Shown: piece after piece, positions 1 through 8,746 of the stretch
How positions within the stretch are numbered: the first letter of the stretch is position 1
How the letters are laid out: the number at the start of each line of letters is the position of its first letter
From: a virus
Taxonomy: Duplodnaviria > Caudoviricetes
Direction: 5' to 3' (one strand)
DNA: 59,854 nt
Virus record (IMG/VR): IMGVR_UViG_3300038470_000079
Coordinates: 1-59,854 of that record
Notes under the pieces: generated by a model
The model's database searches: none
Told to the model about the DNA's origin: nothing
Seen by the model: only the letters and a program-made list of their open reading frames with translations
Position numbers and translations under genes: made by a program

Positions 1-127
1 GGCCGAGTTCAAGCGCCAGCGCCTGAACATCGAGCAGATGTACAACCTCAAGCTGATCAGTCCCACGCAGGCCGAGAAGCTGGCCAAGGTGAAGAAGCCC
101 AAGAAGGGCGAACAAGCCGTGAAGCCG
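1..127. repeat. Terminal direct repeat copy 1 (assembly overlap of a circular contig)
   Basis: Identical to 59728-59854. 127 bp equals a common assembler k-mer, and it lies inside a continuous ORF. Confidence 0.95.
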
Positions 128-304
128 ATCATCGGGCCGCGTCTGTGGAAGCAGATGCAGGACATGATCGTCCGTGCGGACCCGAAGCCCAGCGTCAAGC
201 CGGCGCACGTGATCACCACGCCGTACAGCCCGACGCAGCCGGACGAGTCCGGCTTCGAGGCCATCCCCGAACCGCAACCCGAGGTCGAAGAAGACCTCTC
301 TTGA
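1..304 (+). CDS. C-terminal part of the DUF2800 exonuclease
   Basis: KLISPTQAEKL motif. ATG 38 corresponds to 59765, in frame with 58610. Confidence 0.85.
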   Translation, partial: AEFKRQRLNIEQMYNLKLISPTQAEKLAKVKKPKKGEQAVKPIIGPRLWKQMQDMIVRADPKPSVKPAHVITTPYSPTQPDESGFEAIPEPQPEVEEDLS

Positions 305-315
305 AAGGAGCGAAC

Positions 316-654
316 ATGCTCGATGACCGTGTGTACACGCCGCCCCCGATCGCGGGCTACCGCAACTTGACCCAGGCCGAGGTCGACGCGATCAACCAGA
401 TCAAGAACATCGGCAAGGAGCTCGACGGCGCAATCGCGGCGTTTCGCGAGCACCTGAAGGCGCAGCGCGCCGCGGCGGGCCCGGACCATACCAAGACCCG
501 CGAGATCGGTTTCCTCCCGCCGAACCGCAACCCGGCCGAGATGGAGCGCCTGGACCACGCCGAGCCTGAGCGTTGGCTCGCGATGGCCCGCACCGACCTG
601 CAGACCGGCCTGATGAAGCTGGTGCGCGCCATCGCGCAGCCCGCGTCCTTCTGA
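316..654 (+). CDS. acb2: Acb2-like anti-CBASS cyclic nucleotide sponge
   Basis: GYRNLTQAEVDAINQIK...AEPERWLAMARTDLQTGLMKLVRAIAQPASF closely follows the Acb2 pattern as I recall it (GYRDL...AEPGRWLA..KTD.QTG.M...RAIAQP.SF). SD AAAGGAG precedes ATG 316. Confidence 0.85.
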   Translation: MLDDRVYTPPPIAGYRNLTQAEVDAINQIKNIGKELDGAIAAFREHLKAQRAAAGPDHTKTREIGFLPPNRNPAEMERLDHAEPERWLAMARTDLQTGLMKLVRAIAQPASF

Positions 655-690
655 AGTTCCTCCACCACCCAACGAAAGGAGCATCCAACC

Positions 691-1290
691 GTGGGTACCG
701 TTCTGAAACTGACCGACGTTCGGTTGTCGTATCCGCGCCTGGATACGCCCGACTACTTCCAAGGCGTGAAGTCCAAGGCGACCGACAAGCGCCGCTGGTC
801 CGCTGCCTTCCACATCGCCAAGAGCGACACGGCGCAGATCAACAAGACCATGGCGGCGATCGAGGCCGAGGCCAAGGGCAAGTGGGGCAACAAGGCCGCT
901 GCGATCCTCAAGGGGATCATGGTCGACCCGAAGGGCTGCTGCTACGCCGATGGCGAACTGAAGGATGCGCCCGACGTGATGATCCTCACGGCCCACAAGA
1001 ACGAGGACACGGGCCCGCCGCTCGTCTACGACAACGACAAGTCGCCGATCTACGACAAGGTGTCGCGCGAGATCATCAAGGGCAAGGAAGGCCGCCTCTT
1101 CGCCGGCTGCTACGTCGACGCCCAGGTCGAGATCTGGCCGCAGGACAACAAGATGGGCAAGGGCATCCGCGCCACCCTGCTGATCGTGCAGCGCCGGCGC
1201 ATCGGCGAGGCCTTCAGCGGCGGCTCGGCGCCGAACCCGGACGACTTCGACGAGATCGAGGAGGGCGCCGACGCGGACGATGTGAGCTGA
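691..1290 (+). CDS. DUF2815 family ssDNA-binding protein
   Basis: LTDVRLSYP...FAGCYV...QDNKMGKGIRATL...GEAFSGG with an acidic tail. Sits between DUF2800 and PolA. Confidence 0.85.
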   Translation: MGTVLKLTDVRLSYPRLDTPDYFQGVKSKATDKRRWSAAFHIAKSDTAQINKTMAAIEAEAKGKWGNKAAAILKGIMVDPKGCCYADGELKDAPDVMILTAHKNEDTGPPLVYDNDKSPIYDKVSREIIKGKEGRLFAGCYVDAQVEIWPQDNKMGKGIRATLLIVQRRRIGEAFSGGSAPNPDDFDEIEEGADADDVS

Positions 1291-1301
1291 TCGGCGCGAG
1301 A

Positions 1302-1327
1302 CCTGGCTCTGCGGGGCCGGGCTCTTT
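1302..1327 (+). terminator. Possible weak intrinsic terminator after SSB
   Basis: GC hairpin cctggctc-tgcg-gggccggg followed by ctcttt. Confidence 0.35.
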
Positions 1328-1503
1328 GGTGATCGGACTGCATCCTCTAGAGAGGAAGAAAGCCACTGAGTTGCGGAGCCGGAGCACCTGCAGACGTGCA
1401 GGACCGGCGGAACGGGATTCCTGGGGACAGCGCTCTAGTAAAGGCCCGGGGGCACCACTCAAGCGGACACATCCGACCCGCTGCAGTCTGATCACCAAAG
1501 AGC
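1321..1503 (+). ncRNA. Candidate structured RNA closed by a 22-bp stem
   Basis: 1321-1342 pairs with 1482-1503 (one G-U pair). Internal hairpins at 1343-1356, 1387-1402 and 1420-1450. Intergenic. Confidence 0.6.
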
Positions 1504-1524
1504 ATTTTCAACAGGAGAGCGAGC

Positions 1525-1821
1525 ATGGTTTTTGACTTCGGGGCGTTTATCGCCGGGGTGACGGTTGCAGCCGTCATCGGTTTCGGCTTCTGGTGGTCGG
1601 CTCGCGCCGCCATCACGCCATCCGTGGCCCAGGCCCAGTACAAGCAGTTGATCAACGCGCAGACCGCGCTCGTGGAGGAAGAGGCGCTGCTGGAGTACTA
1701 CCGCGTGCACGTGCCGATGCTGCGTGCGCAGATCAAGCGCCTGGAACTGGCGGCCGAGAAGCGCGAGAAGACGCGCCAGCAGCAGGCCACCTCAGCAAAG
1801 ATCAACGCATCGCCGGTCTGA
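1525..1821 (+). CDS. Hypothetical membrane-anchored coiled-coil protein
   Basis: SD AGGAG, N-terminal hydrophobic helix, charged helical C-terminus. Confidence 0.7.
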   Translation: MVFDFGAFIAGVTVAAVIGFGFWWSARAAITPSVAQAQYKQLINAQTALVEEEALLEYYRVHVPMLRAQIKRLELAAEKREKTRQQQATSAKINASPV

Positions 1822-1824
1822 TCC

Positions 1825-2001
1825 GTGGGCCCGATCACCGAAGCCTTCCTGCGGTGGTTGACGCAGCAGCCGGAAGGCTGCCGCGTCAACATCGCTGAGG
1901 CCTACGTTAACGGTCAGAGTGTGACCTACGAAGCGTTCAAGGCCGGATACCTAGCAGGCCTGAACGCGCCTGACGACGAAGACGAGCCCGTCGATGCGTG
2001 A
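1825..2001 (+). CDS. Small hypothetical protein (58 aa)
   Basis: Hand-translated GTG..TGA ORF that fills the gap and overlaps the polymerase start. Confidence 0.45.
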   Translation: MGPITEAFLRWLTQQPEGCRVNIAEAYVNGQSVTYEAFKAGYLAGLNAPDDEDEPVDA

Positions 2002-4387
2002 TTCCTGGGGCGATCTGGAGACCCGCTGCGCCACGCCACTGAAGCATGGCTCGTGGGTCTACGCCGAGACTGCGGAGGTCATGCTCTGGGCCTACGCGCT
2101 CGAAGACGGCCAGATCAAGGTCTGGGACCTGCTCAACAAGATGATGCACTGGCAGGACGACATGACCGGCCTGTGGGAGGAGGCACCGTGCCCCGGCATC
2201 CCGGCCGATCTCGAACTGCAGTTCGACGACCCGGACATCGCCTTCTGGTTTCATAACGGCGTGCAATTCGACTTCCCGGTGCTGGAGCACGCGCTGCCGC
2301 GCATCGCGGCCCGCATACCGCAGTACCGCCGTCGCGATACCATGGTCCAGGCCTACTGTCACGGCATGCCTGGTGCACTGGACAAGCTGGGCGCGGCGCT
2401 GAACATCGACGAGTCCAAGCGCAAGGACAAGCGCGGCAAGGCGCTGGTGCAGCTTTTTTGCGTGCCCAAGAAGACCGACAACCCGGACGAGATCGTCTGG
2501 AACACGAAGCAGACGCACCCGAAGGAGTGGCAGGAATTCATCCAGTACGCAGGCCAGGACATCGTGGTCATGCGCGAGGCGCACCGCAAGCTGCCCAACT
2601 GGAACTACAAGGGTCGGCAGCTCGAACTCGCGCACCTCGACGCGAAGATCAACGCCCGCGGCTTCGCGATTGATCGCACCCTCGCCGAGGCGGTGATGCG
2701 CGCCAGTACCGAAGAGAAGGCACGGCTGGCCAAGCGCACGCAGGAGATCACCGAGGACGAGGTGAAGGCCGCGACGCAACGTGACGCGCTGCTGCGGTAC
2801 ATCGTCAAGGCCTACGGTGTCGATCTGCCCGACATGAAGTCGGACACGCTGGAGCGCCGGCTGAATGACCCGGATCTGCCGGTCGAGGTGAAGGATCTGA
2901 TCGGCATTCGGCTGCAGGCCTCGATGAACTCGTCCAGCAAGGCCAAGACCCTGCTGAAGGGTGTGTGCCGCGACAACCGCCTGCGCGGCGGTGCGCAGTT
3001 CCGCGGCGCCTTTCGCACCGGCCGCTGGGCGCACCGCCTCTTCCAGCACGGCAACATGCCGCGCATGGATCCTGAACCGATCGCGCGGTGGTTCGGTATC
3101 CCGAAGAGCAAGGTCAAGAAGAAGCACATCCTGCAGTACGTGAGCTCGGGCATCGAGTCGCTGATCGCCGGTTGCGAGGACATCACACACGGCGAGGTGA
3201 TGCGTCTGTGCGCCATGGTGATCCGCGGCCTGATCGTGGCCGGCCCTGGCAAGAAGCTGTGCATCGCCGACCTTGCGAACATCGAGGGCCGCGGCGCGGC
3301 GTGGGCTGCCGGTGAAGAGTGGAAAATCCAGGCGTATCTGGACTACGACACGATCATCGGTGAGACCGAAGATGGTGAGCCCATCCGCAAGGGTGCGGAC
3401 CTGTACAAGGTTGCGTATGCCGAGGCTTTCCGGTGCTCGGTTGAGGAAGTGGTCGACTGGCAGCGGCAGATCGGCAAGGTGATGGAGCTCATGCTCCAGT
3501 ACCAAGGTGGTGTCGGCGCGTTCATCACCGGCGCAGCCACCTACGGCATCGATCTGGACGAGATGGCAGAGATCGCCTGGCCCAACCTGCCGGCCGATGT
3601 GATCGAAGAGGCGCAAAGTTTCCTGCAGTGGCTGTACGACCAGGTGCAAGCCAAGCACCGCAAGCGCGTCGAGAAGGCCGAGAAAAAGTTCAACCTGGGC
3701 CCCGATGCGCCGGACTTCGTGCCGATGCCTGATGAGGCGCAGCACCGTGCCGACTTCGAGAAGACGATCGCCGGGCTGGAAGTGCTGCGCGACCAGGAAC
3801 TGATCGAGGCGCGGCACGGCCTCGACGAGAAGGTCTTCGTGGTGTGCGACTCGCTGAAGCGCCTGTGGCGCCGGGCGCACCCGGCCATCGCCGGTACACG
3901 CAGCACACCGTCGTACTGGACCGAGCTAGAAGACACGGTCCGCTATGCGATCCTGAACCCAGGCGTCACGCTACCGTGCCGCAAGGTGAAGATCCGCCGT
4001 GACGGTGGGTGGCTGCGCATCGTGCTGCCCTCCGGCCGGGCGCTGTGCTACCCGTCGCCCAAGCTGGCGAAGGACGGCACGATCACCTACATGGGCCAGA
4101 ACCAGTACAGCAAGAACTGGGAGCGGCTCAGCACCTACGGTGGCAAGATCTTCGAGAACATCGTGCAGGCCATTGCGTGCGACCAACTGGCCGAGTGCAT
4201 GCCGACCATCGAAGAGGCTGGCTATCCGATCGTCTTCCACGTGCATGACGAAGACGCCACCGAGACCCCGGACGATCCGCGGTGGTCTGCCGAGGAACTC
4301 GCGCGACTGATGTGCTCGCACCTGGGCTGGAACGAAGGCTTGCCGCTCGCGGCTGAGGGTTTCGAGACGAAGAGATACCGTAAGTGA
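1994..4387 (+). CDS. Family A DNA polymerase with 3'-5' exonuclease
   Basis: Exo motifs DLET, HNGVQFD and YAGQD. Polymerase motif A ADLANIEGR, motif B RQIGKVMELMLQY, motif C HVHDE. Confidence 0.95.
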   Translation: MRDSWGDLETRCATPLKHGSWVYAETAEVMLWAYALEDGQIKVWDLLNKMMHWQDDMTGLWEEAPCPGIPADLELQFDDPDIAFWFHNGVQFDFPVLEHALPRIAARIPQYRRRDTMVQAYCHGMPGALDKLGAALNIDESKRKDKRGKALVQLFCVPKKTDNPDEIVWNTKQTHPKEWQEFIQYAGQDIVVMREAHRKLPNWNYKGRQLELAHLDAKINARGFAIDRTLAEAVMRASTEEKARLAKRTQEITEDEVKAATQRDALLRYIVKAYGVDLPDMKSDTLERRLNDPDLPVEVKDLIGIRLQASMNSSSKAKTLLKGVCRDNRLRGGAQFRGAFRTGRWAHRLFQHGNMPRMDPEPIARWFGIPKSKVKKKHILQYVSSGIESLIAGCEDITHGEVMRLCAMVIRGLIVAGPGKKLCIADLANIEGRGAAWAAGEEWKIQAYLDYDTIIGETEDGEPIRKGADLYKVAYAEAFRCSVEEVVDWQRQIGKVMELMLQYQGGVGAFITGAATYGIDLDEMAEIAWPNLPADVIEEAQSFLQWLYDQVQAKHRKRVEKAEKKFNLGPDAPDFVPMPDEAQHRADFEKTIAGLEVLRDQELIEARHGLDEKVFVVCDSLKRLWRRAHPAIAGTRSTPSYWTELEDTVRYAILNPGVTLPCRKVKIRRDGGWLRIVLPSGRALCYPSPKLAKDGTITYMGQNQYSKNWERLSTYGGKIFENIVQAIACDQLAECMPTIEEAGYPIVFHVHDEDATETPDDPRWSAEELARLMCSHLGWNEGLPLAAEGFETKRYRK

Positions 4388-4397
4388 AGCGGGAGGA

Positions 4398-4685
4398 GTG
4401 AGCATGCCACGCTGTCGCGAGCACCAAGGCCATACGTACGAGGATCAAATGCTCTCGGGGGACTACGACTCTTACTACGACGAGCTTGAAGAAGAGGCAC
4501 GTGAGCCAGCGTGCCGCCACTGTGGCAGCACCGAGGTGCGCTGGCGCCAGCAGACCGGCCGGTGGGTCCTCTTCAGCATGCAGCCCGGCGTCGAGCACGT
4601 ATGCGAGATCGATGACAGCGACTTCGAGGCGATCCCTGAAGGTGACGATGACACCGGTATTCCGCCCGAGGAGAGACTCTGGTGA
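4398..4685 (+). CDS. Small acidic putative Zn-binding protein
   Basis: CRHC...HVC motifs, SD GGGAGG, stop overlaps the next start. Confidence 0.65.
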   Translation: MSMPRCREHQGHTYEDQMLSGDYDSYYDELEEEAREPACRHCGSTEVRWRQQTGRWVLFSMQPGVEHVCEIDDSDFEAIPEGDDDTGIPPEERLW

Positions 4686-5026
4686 CCCGCTCGTCCATTC
4701 GTGAAGCGCTGCTGATCGCGCAGCGTGAGAATCTAACCGCTTCCGAGGCTGCGCAGCGTACCGGCGAGAATCGCAACAGTGTCGCCGAAGCGGCCAAGCG
4801 CCTTGGCGTAGTCTTGCGCAAAGGCCGCAGGGACGCTGACGACCGTGACGTGATGGTCAAAATGTTTCTCGACGGCCTGGATTACGTGCAGATCGCCAAA
4901 CTGTTCGGAATGAGTCGCGAGAACGCCCGCATCGTACTTTGCAGGCTCGGCTTCAAGGTGAAGGACCGCGGCCGCAACACGTTCGAGTTCTGGCGCGAGC
5001 ATCTGGCCAAGAAGGGTGTGAAGTGA
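4682..5026 (+). CDS. HTH DNA-binding protein (two HTH-like segments)
   Basis: ASEAAQRTGENRNSV and YVQIAKLFGMSRENARIVL. Confidence 0.6.
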   Translation: MTRSSIREALLIAQRENLTASEAAQRTGENRNSVAEAAKRLGVVLRKGRRDADDRDVMVKMFLDGLDYVQIAKLFGMSRENARIVLCRLGFKVKDRGRNTFEFWREHLAKKGVK

Positions 5027-5406
5027 GCCGGCCCAAGTCGTACCCGTGCCTGTGGCTGCGCCTCATGGCCCACGTCATCGAGCCCCTGAACGAGCAGTCG
5101 TGCTGGTGGTGGGGTGGCAGTGTGACCAACCGCGGGTATGGCGGCCTGCAGATCCGCGTCAACGGCACGCCGATCAAGCACTACGCCCACCGCGAGGTGG
5201 CGCACGTGCTGCGCGGGTACAACGAGTTCGACCTGGACGACGATCCGCTGGGCCCGATCCTGATCGTCGAGCGGCCGCGCATGGATCCCGACGAAGAGAC
5301 GATCGAGCACCTGTGCGGCAACCGGCTTTGCGAGAATCCGGATCACCACATCGAACTGACGCGCACCGAGAACTCGGCCGCACGCTGGAGGCCACGCAAT
5401 GCTTGA
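5023..5406 (+). CDS. HNH / Zn-binding-loop endonuclease
   Basis: CWWWGG...GYG...AHR...HLCGNRLCENPDH...TRTEN. Confidence 0.75.
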   Translation: MSRPKSYPCLWLRLMAHVIEPLNEQSCWWWGGSVTNRGYGGLQIRVNGTPIKHYAHREVAHVLRGYNEFDLDDDPLGPILIVERPRMDPDEETIEHLCGNRLCENPDHHIELTRTENSAARWRPRNA

Positions 5407-5713
5407 AGAGAGCGTCGAGGATTACGCCCGCCGGCGCGTCGCGGAAGAAGGCGGCGAGATGCGAAAGCTGAAGTGGATCGGCCGCCGTAAAGCGCCGGAC
5501 GACGTGGTCATGCTGCGCGTCGGCTCGCGTGTTGGCCGCTATGCCACCATCTCCACGATCTGGGCCGAGTTCAAGAAGCCCGGCGGCCTGAAAACCTTCC
5601 CGAAAAACGCTCACGAGCGCGCCCAGGATCGTGAGCACAAACGCATGCGCGAAGCCGGTCAGACGGTGGTGGTGGTCGATTCGTACGAGGGCGTCGAGGA
5701 GTTGCTGCGATGA
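5399..5713 (+). CDS. VRR-NUC domain nuclease
   Basis: EESVE...APD...WAEFKKPG...Q...VVVVDS, immediately upstream of the SNF2 helicase region. Confidence 0.85.
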   Translation: MLEESVEDYARRRVAEEGGEMRKLKWIGRRKAPDDVVMLRVGSRVGRYATISTIWAEFKKPGGLKTFPKNAHERAQDREHKRMREAGQTVVVVDSYEGVEELLR

Positions 5714-6021
5714 ACGTGAAGCAAGGTGACCTGGCCTACGTCTACTTTCCAGGCCACAAGCAGCACATGCGTTTCGTGGCGTTGGAAACGTACCTCGGGT
5801 ACGTTAACGCCAACTCGGCCATCGTCTACGCCGGTGAGACCTGGATAGTTGCCGCAAGCGGACCTGTGTGGGGCGTCAAGGCCTGCCACGGTTCGTTCGA
5901 CGACGAAGACCCGACCGCTACACGTGCGCCCTGCTGTGACGCGGTTCTGCGCCCGGTCGGCGGTGTGCCGCTCGATGGCGAAGGCGCACCGGTGAAGAAG
6001 GATCTGGAGGCCACAGCGTGA
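5710..6021 (+). CDS. Hypothetical protein
   Basis: MNVKQGDLA...DAVLRP, start/stop overlaps on both sides. Confidence 0.65.
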   Translation: MNVKQGDLAYVYFPGHKQHMRFVALETYLGYVNANSAIVYAGETWIVAASGPVWGVKACHGSFDDEDPTATRAPCCDAVLRPVGGVPLDGEGAPVKKDLEATA

Positions 6022-6242
6022 ATTTCGAAGACCTCAACGAGATTGCCGCGATCCTCAACGACCAGAGCATTTCGCCGGAAGACCGCTACGTGATCGCGGA
6101 TCCGGAGACCCTGGCGCAGTGGATGTACGAAGCAGGTGCGCAAGAGCGCGGCCCGGCGTGGCATCAGATAGGCGAGGTCACCAAGTCCGTGTGGCGCGAA
6201 CGTGTGGCAGCGATAGTGCCCGACGGGGTCCCACCGTGGTGA
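6018..6242 (+). CDS. Hypothetical protein
   Basis: SD GGAGG, coupled to neighbouring genes. Confidence 0.6.
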   Translation: MNFEDLNEIAAILNDQSISPEDRYVIADPETLAQWMYEAGAQERGPAWHQIGEVTKSVWRERVAAIVPDGVPPW

Positions 6243-7792
6243 AAGAGTTTGCCCTGCGGCCGTGTCAGTACCCGATGGTCGCGCACGCGATGGAGCACCC
6301 ACGCTGCGCGATCTGGGCCGGCATGGGTATGGGCAAGACCAGCGCTACGCTTTACGTCATCGCGTCGCTGCTGCAACTGGGTCTCATCCGCTGGACCCTG
6401 ATCCTCGGACCCCTGCGCGTGGCTCGCGGTGTGTGGACACGCGAAGCCGGTCAATGGTCGGTCTTCTCACACCTGCGCATCGCGTTCGTCGAAGACTGGA
6501 CGCCGCAAGAGCAGGCCTTCCTGCGCGCCCGCACCGCGTACGGCCGGGCTCTGGCCAAGGACCCGGACAGCGAGGCCACCCGCAACCTGCGCAAGCAGAT
6601 GCAGGCCTTGCAGCCGGCAGCCGCTGCGGCGCGCCTGCAGGTCATCCGCCACCTGGACATCCTCACCATCAATTACGACGTGCTGGAGCAGCTAGTCGCG
6701 ATTCTCGGTGACGAGTGGCCCTTCGACCTGGTGGTCGCTGATGAGGCCACGCGGGTGAAGAGTTTCCGCATCCAGAAGGGTGGCAAGCGCGCCGGAGCGC
6801 TGGGCAAGGTGGCCTTCAAGCGGACCAAGCGGTGGATCAACCTCACCGGCACGCCCGCGCCGAACGGATTGCAGGATCTGTGGGGCCAGACGTGGTTTCT
6901 GGATCGCGGCCACCGCCTGGGCAATACCTTCAGTGGATTCATGGACCGCTGGTTCGGCTTCCGCCGTATCAAGGACGCTGTGAACCCGGACAGCGCCTAC
7001 GTGGAGCGCATCGTCTTCCCGCACTCGCAGGCCGAGATCCAGGGCTTGCTGAAGGACGTGTGTCTGACCCTGGACCCGAAGGACTGGTTCGACCTGCAAG
7101 AACCGGTTGTAAACACTCTTTACATCGACCTGCCGGTCGGAGCCCGCAAAAAGTATCGCGAGATGGAGAAAGAGTTCTTCACTCGGTTGATGCGCGAGGG
7201 CATCGAGCACGACATCGAGGCTTTCGGCGCGGCGGCCAAGGCGATGAAGTGCCTGCAGCTGTGCAACGGCGCGGCGTACGTTGGGGACGACAACAAAACC
7301 TGGGCAGACGTGCACGACGAGAAGCTGCAGGCCCTGGAGTCGGTGGTCGAGGAAGCTGCCGGCGAACCGGTGCTCACGGCCTACCACTTCAAGTCGGACC
7401 GAGCCCGGATCATGAAGCGCTTCCCGCACGCCATCGACGTGGCCACGCCGAAGGGTCTCGCGCAGGCGCAGGCCGGTGAAGGTTCGCTCTGGATCGGCCA
7501 CCCGGCCAGCATGGGCCACGGCATCGACGGGCTGCAGCAGCACTGCCACACGCTCGCTTTTTTCGGTCTCTGGTTCAACCTGGAAGAGCACATGCAATTC
7601 ATCGAGCGTGTCGGACCGGTGCGCCAGGCGCAGGCCGGCCTCGAACGCACGGTGAACATCCACTACATCGCGGCTCGCGACACGGTGGACGAGATCGTGT
7701 TGGAACGTCTCACGAGCAAGCGCAGCACGCAGTCCGTGCTGATGGACGCAATGAACCGCTACAAGGAGCGCAATCATGGAACGCAAGGGTGA
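6239..7792 (+). CDS. SNF2-family helicase
   Basis: Walker A GMGMGKT, Walker B ADEAT, LTGTP, HPASMGHGIDGLQ, ERVGPVRQ. Confidence 0.92.
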   Translation: MKEFALRPCQYPMVAHAMEHPRCAIWAGMGMGKTSATLYVIASLLQLGLIRWTLILGPLRVARGVWTREAGQWSVFSHLRIAFVEDWTPQEQAFLRARTAYGRALAKDPDSEATRNLRKQMQALQPAAAAARLQVIRHLDILTINYDVLEQLVAILGDEWPFDLVVADEATRVKSFRIQKGGKRAGALGKVAFKRTKRWINLTGTPAPNGLQDLWGQTWFLDRGHRLGNTFSGFMDRWFGFRRIKDAVNPDSAYVERIVFPHSQAEIQGLLKDVCLTLDPKDWFDLQEPVVNTLYIDLPVGARKKYREMEKEFFTRLMREGIEHDIEAFGAAAKAMKCLQLCNGAAYVGDDNKTWADVHDEKLQALESVVEEAAGEPVLTAYHFKSDRARIMKRFPHAIDVATPKGLAQAQAGEGSLWIGHPASMGHGIDGLQQHCHTLAFFGLWFNLEEHMQFIERVGPVRQAQAGLERTVNIHYIAARDTVDEIVLERLTSKRSTQSVLMDAMNRYKERNHGTQG

Positions 7793-8312
7793 CTGGATCT
7801 CGACGTTCACCGGCCGCCAGTACTGGCCGCTGGACCCACGCCCCGGTGAGGTGAACATCATCGACATCGCGCACGCACTGAGCAATCAGTGCCGCTGGGG
7901 TGGCCACACGAAGCACTTCTACTCGGTGGCCGAACACAGCATCGCGGTGTCATACGCCGTGCCCGAGCCTTTCGCGTTCGAAGGTCTGCTGCACGACGCC
8001 ACCGAGGCCTACCTGGTGGATCTGCCGCGACCGATCAAGGCATCGATGCCGATCTACAGGGATACCGAAGCACTGAACTGGAAGGCCATCGCCGAGCGCT
8101 TCCGGTTGCCGCAGGAGATCTCCACGTACGTGCACGAGGCCGACAATCGCGTGCTGCTGGCCGAGGCTGACCACTTGATGACCGGCGCCATCGCCAGGAT
8201 GCCCCGCGACACTGAGCCCGCACCGATGATCGTGGTCGGCTGGGAACCGCGCGAGGCGAAGCGCATGTTCCTGGAGCGGTTCGAGGAACTGATGGCTCGG
8301 AGAGCGCTGTGA
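7776..8312 (+). CDS. HD-domain phosphohydrolase (YfbR/DatZ-like 5'-deoxynucleotidase)
   Basis: IAHALSNQCRWGGH...YSVAEHS...LLHDATEAYLVD. Confidence 0.88.
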   Translation: MERKGDWISTFTGRQYWPLDPRPGEVNIIDIAHALSNQCRWGGHTKHFYSVAEHSIAVSYAVPEPFAFEGLLHDATEAYLVDLPRPIKASMPIYRDTEALNWKAIAERFRLPQEISTYVHEADNRVLLAEADHLMTGAIARMPRDTEPAPMIVVGWEPREAKRMFLERFEELMARRAL

Positions 8313-8746
8313 CGTTCAAAGACACCAACCCGAAAGACGCAATCGGCGACACGAAGGTGCCGCTGCACCTGTGCTCGCCGATCGCCGCAGCGCACTGGGC
8401 GTTGGCTCAGCATCTGGGCCGCACCAAGTACGGTGCGTGGAACTGGCGCGCAGCCGGCGTCCGCGCATCGGTCTACATCGCCGCCGGCAAGCGGCACCTC
8501 GACGCGTACCTGAGCGGTGAGCAGTTCGACCCTGTCGACGGCACGCACCACCTCGGCAACGCCATGGCGTGCTGCGCGATCCTCCTGGAAGCCGAGGCGA
8601 TCGGCAATCTGACGGACGATCGTCCGCCGCGCGTGGACATGCGTCCGACGTACGCCTTCGTCGAAGCGCAGATGAAGGCCATCACTGAGAAGTACGCGGA
8701 CAAGAACCCCAAACACTGGACCATCAACGATCAGGAGAAGCCATGA
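8309..8746 (+). CDS. DUF5664 dATP/dGTP diphosphohydrolase-like protein
   Basis: NPKDAIG..K.PL...G..KYG.WNWR...RHL...D...HHL.NA. Confidence 0.8.
   Translation: MTFKDTNPKDAIGDTKVPLHLCSPIAAAHWALAQHLGRTKYGAWNWRAAGVRASVYIAAGKRHLDAYLSGEQFDPVDGTHHLGNAMACCAILLEAEAIGNLTDDRPPRVDMRPTYAFVEAQMKAITEKYADKNPKHWTINDQEKP

Noticed and set aside
1-127. Physical terminal repeats of the virion DNA
   Set aside because: The length equals a typical assembler k-mer and the repeat falls mid-gene, so it is best explained as circular overlap.
1321-1503. Retron msr/msd, tRNA or hammerhead ribozyme
   Set aside because: No RT gene, no cloverleaf with T-loop/CCA, and no hammerhead core recognised; kept only as an unassigned structured RNA.
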